In this document: positions 56,897 through 64,000 of the stretch, one piece after another
Numbering within the stretch: the stretch's first letter is position 1
Layout of the letters: each line of letters starts with the position of its first letter
Virus record (IMG/VR): IMGVR_UViG_3300042363_000940
DNA from: a virus
Taxonomy: Duplodnaviria; Heunggongvirae; Uroviricota; Caudoviricetes
Length of the DNA stretch: 64,000 nucleotides
Reading direction: 5' to 3' (one strand)
Translations under genes and position numbers: made by a program
Notes under the pieces: generated by a model
The model's database searches: none
Told to the model about the DNA's origin: nothing
The model's input: the letters and a program-made list of their open reading frames with translations, nothing else

Positions 56897-59062
56897 TTAG
56901 AAGTCTAATCTTACTCCAAACACTTGTGTGCCAATTCTTTTAATTGGTTTTGCGGTTTTAGCAATCACCATAACTTCCTTATTACTGTTCAATAAGGCAA
57001 CTTCAGTAATTCTTTTATCCGCACCTGATGGGTAAGTAGGATTTTGTGTTGTTGTGAACTGAGATGATGGTAAGTTTACCATAAATGTCATTCTTTCTAT
57101 GTCAGTTGCTCTAACCAATCTAATACTTCCCGGAAATGGTTGTTCATCACCAAATTGTGGTAATCCAGGTTCGGTTAATGAATCAGATTCATTGGGAACT
57201 AAACCTAAATAACTTTCAATATCATATAATGTACCACTTGTATACATTGCGTTTGTAACTTTCATTGAAACATTAGTGATATCTAATGGGTCAATTAATT
57301 GTCCAACCGTATGTCCCGAAATGTGTGATGTGTAATTGATTCTTGTCCAGTTATCATGAATCGGTAGTTCACCTGTATCAGTAACTTGTACCAAAATTTG
57401 GAATTGGTTTGCGATGAATCCTGATGACGCTCCTGAACACACGTTTGTGTTATTCATGAATGGGAAACTATCTTCTCCAAATTTAACAAATAATTGAGAT
57501 GGGTTTTTTAAACATTCGTCACCATCAAATACTTCAATTTTAGAATAATAATTACATGGTAATCCATTTAATTGTGTGTCACCTGTGTAATTGAACATGT
57601 ATGTTACCCAAATAGTTTGTCCTGTTGTTGAACCTGTGAAGAATGATTCTCCTGTAGATGTGTCACTCGGAATTAAACTAATTTTAGGTGCTGGTAATGT
57701 GTATTTTCTATTTGATTTATAGTCAAGTACCGCAATAAGTTCTTGGTCGTCAAAAACAATTGTTTTGTTGTTAACGTAAATCTTACCAACTTTATAACCT
57801 TGTTCATCTAACAAATATCTGAACAATAATAATTGAGTTGGGTTAATACTTGATTTCATATAGTAATCGGTAGTATCCATTGTAAATAACGCACCAACTG
57901 TGGTTCCAGTATTTCTGTGATATTGAACAAACGGAATATAAACCTCAAAATATTCTAAATCGGTAATTGTGTTCTCATCGGCATCTTCCAATAACGCATC
58001 ACCTTCAACATTATTTGTTGAGATGTAATCATCGTACTTATAAAATCTTTCAGGGTCATTAACTAAATCTCCCAATTCTGAATAATGAATAATCGCAATT
58101 GTTCTTTGTTCTTCGGGAGAAACAATAATTTTCTCGTCAAATGAATTGTAATAAGATGTAACACCCGTAATTGTTCCACCTGTACTGTTTACCCATGTTT
58201 GACCACTTGTTGTGGTATAACCTAAAAATTGTTTTGTTGATACGTGTTTGTTACTTGTGAAACCAGTTAGATTTTCATCTAAACCATTAACATCAAATCC
58301 GGTTGGTTTTTTATCCCATACAATATTCATTGTCCACGAATTTAATTGTTGTGATGGGTCGATATCATTTGGACTACAATACGGACTAATTCCCGCATCT
58401 ATAGGATATTCATTTTCACACGAATTACAAATAACCTGAACATTACCCGAACATCCTGAGAAGTTAGGTAAATTTCTATCCACCGTGATTGTGTTTCCAC
58501 TTACACTGATTACTTGATAAATTAAACTTGACGCTTGTCCTGTGATAACAGGATAGTTAGGGTCGGTACCTCCGAACTGATTGAAAACCACCGTAATATA
58601 TTCACAGTCACTAAAACTTGAACCTGTTGGTACAATTATACTTGTTGTTCCTGTAATTCCCGATAATGGGATTGATTGTGTTGTACATTGGATTGTTGTT
58701 CCTGTACATGCAACACTATCATATTCTTCGTAATTACTAACGAATCCCGCAGGTCCCATTACATTTCTTAAAATGTCAGTTACTGACATATCAATAGGAA
58801 TACCATACGTTGTTGAGGTATCAGATGAATCTATTTTATATGGGTATTTTACCCCACCTTCTTTATCAAATGGTGAGAATACTGATTGGTGTTGAACACC
58901 ACCTAAACCCGTTAATCCTGTGAATGGATTTGTGTAATCAAACTCAGAATCCCCAATTTGGAAATATGATATTACAAAATTTCCTTTGGCAATAGAATTT
59001 CTTCCCTTTTGGGTTATTCTTGCTGATAGGAACTCCGAATTATTTTTACTTAGAAAACTCAT
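56897..59062 (-). CDS. Large virion structural protein (baseplate/tail-associated candidate)
   Basis: 721 aa, Gly/Thr-rich. N-terminal ARITQKGR...FQIGDSE.DY and C-terminal ITEVALLN...IAKT..PIK resemble tail-collar/baseplate motifs. Confidence 0.6.
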   Translation of the reverse strand: MSFLSKNNSEFLSARITQKGRNSIAKGNFVISYFQIGDSEFDYTNPFTGLTGLGGVQHQSVFSPFDKEGGVKYPYKIDSSDTSTTYGIPIDMSVTDILRNVMGPAGFVSNYEEYDSVACTGTTIQCTTQSIPLSGITGTTSIIVPTGSSFSDCEYITVVFNQFGGTDPNYPVITGQASSLIYQVISVSGNTITVDRNLPNFSGCSGNVQVICNSCENEYPIDAGISPYCSPNDIDPSQQLNSWTMNIVWDKKPTGFDVNGLDENLTGFTSNKHVSTKQFLGYTTTSGQTWVNSTGGTITGVTSYYNSFDEKIIVSPEEQRTIAIIHYSELGDLVNDPERFYKYDDYISTNNVEGDALLEDADENTITDLEYFEVYIPFVQYHRNTGTTVGALFTMDTTDYYMKSSINPTQLLLFRYLLDEQGYKVGKIYVNNKTIVFDDQELIAVLDYKSNRKYTLPAPKISLIPSDTSTGESFFTGSTTGQTIWVTYMFNYTGDTQLNGLPCNYYSKIEVFDGDECLKNPSQLFVKFGEDSFPFMNNTNVCSGASSGFIANQFQILVQVTDTGELPIHDNWTRINYTSHISGHTVGQLIDPLDITNVSMKVTNAMYTSGTLYDIESYLGLVPNESDSLTEPGLPQFGDEQPFPGSIRLVRATDIERMTFMVNLPSSQFTTTQNPTYPSGADKRITEVALLNSNKEVMVIAKTAKPIKRIGTQVFGVRLDF

Positions 59063-59090
59063 ATGATATAAATACTTTTAATTAATTTTA

Positions 59091-59990
59091 TTAACATCCA
59101 CTACCTTTTAAACAATCTATATATAACACCCCACTAAGTACATAATATAAATTCGGATATGAAGCGCCGGGATTAATTGCGTTGGTATCTGGGAAATATG
59201 TTGTCAGTCCCGCATCCGAGAAAACGATTGTTGAATCAACAAACGAATCACTTAAACCCATGTAAATTGTTGAGTTACCAATATTACCATTTAATTGGCA
59301 GGTCCCACCATTACATAGAGTATCACCTGTTTGAACTGTAAATTGTATATTAGATGATGTTGGTGTTGGGGTTGGGGTTATAGTTGAGGTGGTTGTAATA
59401 AATCCACCTTCAAGTGTACATCCAGTAGTAACTAAACTTATTGTTACTAAAGTACAATCTGTTGTTGGTAAAGAGCAAGAACATAAATCTAACACCGTTC
59501 CCATAGTGAATTGGGGGGTAGGTAATCCAAAATAATCACCCCGTTCGGACATCGGTGTGTTTGTGTTACAATCAGTCCAATTTATAAATTCTCCACAATA
59601 AGAAATATATGTAATTCTATACGTGTTACATTCACATACGGAAGATGTTGGTGTCGAGGTGGATGTTACCGTAGGAGTACTAGTTCCCGTAGGAGTTACT
59701 GTTGGGGTGGGCGTTGGTGTCGATACTATATCTCCACAACATTCATCTAAATTAACTCTAAATGTATTTGAACAACACCCTTCACAGTCAATTTTAACAA
59801 AAACTTCCATTAATGTTGCAGACAAACCTGTTAAGGTACATGTTGTCCCAGTTATATTTACACAATTAGTTGTCCCCGTAACCGTAGAGTCCGTTAGACC
59901 CGTATAAACAGTACAATTTGTGTAATCTGAACCCGAATTTAAATTAATTGTAACACCTTTTGGGGTTACTGTATCTGGAGTACATGCCAT
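59091..59990 (-). CDS. Cys-rich, Pro/Thr-linker virion-like protein
   Basis: Cys-rich modules separated by TPTPT linkers. Confidence 0.75.
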   Translation of the reverse strand: MACTPDTVTPKGVTINLNSGSDYTNCTVYTGLTDSTVTGTTNCVNITGTTCTLTGLSATLMEVFVKIDCEGCCSNTFRVNLDECCGDIVSTPTPTPTVTPTGTSTPTVTSTSTPTSSVCECNTYRITYISYCGEFINWTDCNTNTPMSERGDYFGLPTPQFTMGTVLDLCSCSLPTTDCTLVTISLVTTGCTLEGGFITTTSTITPTPTPTSSNIQFTVQTGDTLCNGGTCQLNGNIGNSTIYMGLSDSFVDSTIVFSDAGLTTYFPDTNAINPGASYPNLYYVLSGVLYIDCLKGSGC

Positions 59991-60040
59991 TTAGTATCTA
60001 ATATATCAGATAAATATTAGAAAGTAAATTTTAAATGGTA

Positions 60041-61480
60041 TTAACTCATACAATCATTATCCACTGTACAGTTACTACCAGGTATTATCGTTGCAGTACT
60101 ATACGACGGAGCACTTTGGATTCCTAATTTTAAAATGTAAATACTATTAATTACTTGTACACACGCAACATATGTTGCAGGAGAATTGTATTGGGTTATA
60201 ATTTCCGTTCCGTCACATTTAATCATACTAACATAAACAATACCGTCATCTGATGCAATTAAATCTCTTTCATCGATGTAAATGTTCGCGCATTGACACT
60301 CAGTTAAACACGAGTATATTTCACCGTCAAATACACATGCGTTTCCTGTATTTGTAATTATTAAATTAGGTTGGTCTAAATTGACTATATTACCACAAAG
60401 ATTTATGGTTGTTGAGCCCGAAATTGAGTCTACAAATAACACACCGTTACAATCTTCATATGTTACCGAACATCCTTCCGGATTCGAACATTCAACAGTG
60501 TAACAATTACATGGTCTTGATTCTGTAGGTGTAGGTGTTGATTGTTCCGTTGTCGTCGCCGTTGGAGTACTAGTTCCCGTAGGAGTTGCTGTAGGTGTAT
60601 TAGTTCCTGTAGGAGTTAAAGTAGGTGTACTAGTTCCTGTTGGAGTTAAAGTAGGGGTCGGTGTTATTGTTGGTGTCGCCGTAGGGGTTAATGTAGGTGT
60701 TGGTGTTGGTTCACCCGTTACAATACAATCACCATCTATAGTACATGGGTTTAATGTATTAGTATATGTTGAAAACTCAATCGGAACGATATCAGACTCT
60801 TCCGGTCCATTATATCTATACCAATCTGTTATTGAGGATATGCAATATCCTGAAAATCCCCCAACACCACTAAATCCTATACTTTGAGGTGTTAAACTAC
60901 AATCTAAATATTGAAGTATTGGCCCTCCGTATTCTCCAAATTCACGTTCATCAATATTGAATTCATAACAATAACATCCTTCTGCCGGTGTTGGTGTTAT
61001 GGTACTGGTTCCTGTTGGAGTTCCTGTAGGGGTTGCCGTAGGTGTACTAGTTCCTGTGGGGGTCACAGTGGGAGTTGGGGTTATTGTTGGTGTTGGTGTA
61101 ACATCAGTACTAGTTGTTGTGGGTGTTGGTGTTACCGTTGGTGTGTTAGTCCCCGTGGGGGTTGGTGTTGGGATTATTTGTGAAATACAATCGTCACATC
61201 TTAAATCAACAAAAACCAATTGATAACCACCTTGTAATTTAGGTGTTGACGTTGGCACCGAGTTAATGTGTCCATCACAATGTTCAATAAATAAATAAAC
61301 ATTATCATATGAACTATCAACATTCAAACTTAAAGTGTATCCCGAAACGGGTACGTTAACGTCTTCCACATAATCAGCGTCATCAATGTCGTGAGTTATT
61401 CCAGTATAAACTGAATAACTTTCACATGGTGTTGTACCATTAAAATTGGAAACTGTTATTTCATAACTTGAAGTTGGCAT
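60041..61480 (-). CDS. Cys-rich, Pro/Thr-linker virion-like protein
   Basis: Three CxC...DC.G...C modules and two long PT linkers. Confidence 0.75.
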   Translation of the reverse strand: MPTSSYEITVSNFNGTTPCESYSVYTGITHDIDDADYVEDVNVPVSGYTLSLNVDSSYDNVYLFIEHCDGHINSVPTSTPKLQGGYQLVFVDLRCDDCISQIIPTPTPTGTNTPTVTPTPTTTSTDVTPTPTITPTPTVTPTGTSTPTATPTGTPTGTSTITPTPAEGCYCYEFNIDEREFGEYGGPILQYLDCSLTPQSIGFSGVGGFSGYCISSITDWYRYNGPEESDIVPIEFSTYTNTLNPCTIDGDCIVTGEPTPTPTLTPTATPTITPTPTLTPTGTSTPTLTPTGTNTPTATPTGTSTPTATTTEQSTPTPTESRPCNCYTVECSNPEGCSVTYEDCNGVLFVDSISGSTTINLCGNIVNLDQPNLIITNTGNACVFDGEIYSCLTECQCANIYIDERDLIASDDGIVYVSMIKCDGTEIITQYNSPATYVACVQVINSIYILKLGIQSAPSYSTATIIPGSNCTVDNDCMS

Positions 61481-61515
61481 CTATATTAAATATGAATCTA
61501 TTTTTTATTATTTTT

Positions 61516-63207
61516 TTAACAACAGCAACCCACAGGTATACTTGTTCCACAACTTCCGCTTATTATGTCGTCCTCGGGACCGACGGTTTCACTTATTATT
61601 TTCCAAGCACAATTAGGATTTGGTAAACTACTCATATTTACAAATGTCCCTATTGATAACGAAACAAGGGACTTCGCTATGTACGTTGGGCCGCTCGCTG
61701 CGCCCGTATCACAGTTACTTACTGCCCTAATAAAATAGTAAAATTCCATAGGTGTTGAAGTTGGAGTTATTGTTGGTGTTGAAGTTGGGGTTGTTGTTAT
61801 AGTTCCCGTTGATGTTGGAGTTATTGTTGGGGTTGTCGTTGATGTAGGTGTTACCGTTGGGGTTGGTGTTGCTCCAATTGAACCACATATCTCAACAATT
61901 TTAAATGTTGTTGTTTTGGGGTCGGACACATAAATTGTGTTTGTTGGTGGATAAAATACCACATCAAATGGTGTTGAATCCGGTATTGTTATTGTATCTG
62001 ATAGTGTACCCGTTGATACATCAATAACTTTAACAACTCCACCATCAAAAATTGGGATGTATAATTTATTGTTTACACTGTTATATACAGAGTTATAAAT
62101 CGTCAACCCAAGTGAAATACTATATGAATTTGTAACACTATTTGTTGAACAATCGATTACATCATAACCCCCTGTATGGATTACAAATAATTGATTAGTT
62201 GATGATTTATATGATAATGAACGAACCGTTCCACTGACCGCAATACTCCCAACTATTGTATATGATATCGTAGAAAATCTTTGAACAGTTGTACCCGTAC
62301 CCGGAAGATAAAGAGTATCGTTAATTGAGTTATAACTTAATGTATAACTCGTACTATTAATTGGTAAACCAGTAACTTGTGTAATAAATGTTTCAGAAGA
62401 ACCATCTATTACCGATATTTCACCTGAACTCGTTCCAGTATATGAGGAAAGATACATTACATTATCTCCCGAATTAAATTCAAACGCCTTTGGATTTGTT
62501 GGTCCATTTCCTAAATATGTTTCGGTTTGTGGAATTGTTGTATTTTGCATACGTATAGTGCCACCTACGTCAACCCCATAAACTTTATTTGTTACGGTAT
62601 TCATACCTATAATAGATGTGTTTACACTGGTCGTAAATGTCCCAAATATGGATTGTGTTGATGAGTTTGGTATAACTCTACTAATGTAATATGCCGCACC
62701 AACGTTAAGTGCATAAATTTCATTATTATTTGGGTTATACACCATACCGGAAGGTCTGTTATACACTGATGGACTGTTCAATGTTCTTACAATATCGTCA
62801 CTACAAGTAGTTGATGTCGGGGTAGTTGTTATAGTTCCCGTTGATGTTGATGTTGGGGTTGTCGTTATGGTTGGAGTTGGAGTTATCGTTGGTGTAGGTG
62901 TTGATTGGTTTTCACATGTCACATCGATACTAAAACAGATTGTGTCATAACATGGGAACGCCTTACTATCGTGAGTAAAGATATTTTGAACAATATATCT
63001 ACCCGTTGCATTGTCCGTCATTTTAATCCAATACTGAGTATCGAATGTTAAACCTGAAATTGTTATTTCAGTTGTTGACGGAGTATATGAACCCAATAAC
63101 GTAAAAGTTGAATTAGTTTCAACGGGGTATGGATTATTACCCGACTTATAACGAATCGTGTAATTACCATTTGAGATTATATTATATATTCTTACGTTTA
63201 GTCCCAT
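61516..63207 (-). CDS. YVTN/YncE-like beta-propeller protein with PT linkers
   Basis: Repeated blades YNPNNNEIY, FNSGDNVMY, YNSINDTLY, YKSSTNQLF, YNSVNNKLY, FYPPTNTIY, flanked by PT linkers; ends PVGCCC. Confidence 0.8.
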   Translation of the reverse strand: MGLNVRIYNIISNGNYTIRYKSGNNPYPVETNSTFTLLGSYTPSTTEITISGLTFDTQYWIKMTDNATGRYIVQNIFTHDSKAFPCYDTICFSIDVTCENQSTPTPTITPTPTITTTPTSTSTGTITTTPTSTTCSDDIVRTLNSPSVYNRPSGMVYNPNNNEIYALNVGAAYYISRVIPNSSTQSIFGTFTTSVNTSIIGMNTVTNKVYGVDVGGTIRMQNTTIPQTETYLGNGPTNPKAFEFNSGDNVMYLSSYTGTSSGEISVIDGSSETFITQVTGLPINSTSYTLSYNSINDTLYLPGTGTTVQRFSTISYTIVGSIAVSGTVRSLSYKSSTNQLFVIHTGGYDVIDCSTNSVTNSYSISLGLTIYNSVYNSVNNKLYIPIFDGGVVKVIDVSTGTLSDTITIPDSTPFDVVFYPPTNTIYVSDPKTTTFKIVEICGSIGATPTPTVTPTSTTTPTITPTSTGTITTTPTSTPTITPTSTPMEFYYFIRAVSNCDTGAASGPTYIAKSLVSLSIGTFVNMSSLPNPNCAWKIISETVGPEDDIISGSCGTSIPVGCCC

Positions 63208-63211
63208 TTAA

Positions 63212-64000
63212 TTATAATTGACAATTTTCTTGACATGCATTCGTACACACGCCATGACCTGTTGTTCCGTAAAGTATTAAGTTAGGTCCACCACTTATAG
63301 TGTTACCTGTAATTTTAAAAATACTTCCAGTACACGCCCCAACATTTTCAATGTAGAATCTACCAAATACAGGAGACGTTGATGTTGGCATCTCAACAAT
63401 TACGTTATCATTTATCATTGTACATCCTGTTGCTACTCCTCCTGAATCGTATTCACATGACCATTCTTCCGCCTCATATGCGGATGTTCCTATTGGTTCA
63501 GGTGTGAATGTAGGTGTAACAGTTATTGTTGGTGTTGATGTTGGTGTATTAGTACCCGTTGGTGTTGATGTTGGTGTATTAGTACCTGTCGGTGTTGGAG
63601 TTTCCATTGGTGTAATCGTTTCACATTCCCCTAGTTGTGTTATGTTACCCTCACCTCCGGTTTGAAATACTGAACCATTTTGAGCACAAACAACTATTGC
63701 ACTTGTTACTGTTGCAGAATTTGGTGTTCCATCACACTCTAACCATTCAACATCAATAGATGCGGCACCTTCGATGTTATAACCATAACAAAATAGGATT
63801 GGTGTTTCTGTTGGTGTTACCACTGTTGGTGTGTTAGTACTTGTTGGTGTCGTAGTAGGTGTTGTTGTCGGCGTTTCAGTTGGGGTATTAGTTCCTGTTG
63901 GTGTGGGGGTAATGGTTTCCGTTGGTGTTCCCGTAGGAGTACTAGTTCCCGTTGGTGTTACTGTAGGAGTACTAGTTCCCGTTGGTGTTACAGTAGGTGT
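63212..64000 (-). CDS. Pro/Thr-rich, Cys-rich protein, 5' end truncated by the window edge
   Basis: The frame stays open from 63212 to 64000 (TPTVTPTGTSTPT...). The ORF-track start at 63823 is an internal GTG. Confidence 0.8.
   Translation of the reverse strand, partial: TPTVTPTGTSTPTVTPTGTSTPTGTPTETITPTPTGTNTPTETPTTTPTTTPTSTNTPTVVTPTETPILFCYGYNIEGAASIDVEWLECDGTPNSATVTSAIVVCAQNGSVFQTGGEGNITQLGECETITPMETPTPTGTNTPTSTPTGTNTPTSTPTITVTPTFTPEPIGTSAYEAEEWSCEYDSGGVATGCTMINDNVIVEMPTSTSPVFGRFYIENVGACTGSIFKITGNTISGGPNLILYGTTGHGVCTNACQENCQL
63528..63587. repeat. Near-perfect 30-bp tandem duplication in a PT linker
   Basis: gttggtgttgatgttggtgtattagtacc(c/t) twice. Confidence 0.9.
63933..63992. repeat. 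Near-perfect 30-bp tandem duplication in a PT linker
   Basis: gtaggagtactagttcccgttggtgttac(t/a) twice. Confidence 0.9.

Noticed and set aside
3306-64000. Numerous short plus-strand ORFs and alternative-frame minus ORFs inside long genes (e.g. 17340-17636, 19245-19646, 41904-42305, 45340-45834, 59623-59907)
   Set aside because: They lie within well-supported genes, lack leader motifs, and VGVGV-type translations simply mirror the PT repeats.
45670-64000. CRISPR-like repeat arrays
   Set aside because: The repeats are in-frame coding PT linkers without unique spacers. The Cas4-like exonuclease sits in a replication cluster with no cas1/cas2.
1-64000. Stop-codon reassignment as in some huge phages
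   Set aside because: Genes are full-length and tightly packed in code 11, and TAA, TAG and TGA all serve as terminal stops.
1-64000. Eukaryotic giant virus or bacterial chromosome origin
   Set aside because: Sigma-70, ClpP, DnaG-type primase, RuvC and tail-fibre motifs indicate a bacteriophage. There are no housekeeping operons, and the gene packing is phage-like.

Overview
This is a gene-dense, AT-rich segment of a large (jumbo-type) tailed bacteriophage genome in the standard genetic code, with almost all genes on the minus strand. The host is probably a Bacteroidetes/Flavobacteriia member: there is a TTTG-N19-TAnnTTTG promoter, a Bacteroidetes-like ClpP, sigma-70 factor and Hc1-like protein, and no obvious Shine-Dalgarno sites. 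Layout: (1) a truncated tail-fibre gene (1-2498); (2) a small cassette with a GNAT acetyltransferase, a circularly permuted ATP-grasp/Hint-like/Cys-rich fusion and a Cys-rich small protein (2595-5411); (3) a ~12 kb glycan synthesis and modification operon with a carbamoyltransferase, nucleotide-sugar dehydrogenase, two SGNH-like proteins, a radical SAM enzyme, two GT7 galactosyltransferases with a LamG domain inserted, a GT2-like enzyme and a methyltransferase (5452-17330); (4) a ~14 kb tandem array of 11 LamG-domain paralogues plus a fibrinogen-like gene (17743-32020); (5) three more tail-fibre-like genes; (6) redoxins, an AAA ATPase and a Dam-family methylase; (7) small, head-associated-like and lysis-like genes, including a likely -1 frameshift at about 45360; (8) sigma factor, ClpP, SbcCD-like nuclease, exonuclease, primase and RuvC; (9) Pro/Thr-rich, Cys-rich virion-like proteins running off the right edge. 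No tRNA, rRNA, CRISPR array, integrase or transposase was recognised. All family calls come from motif recognition by eye, not from database searches.
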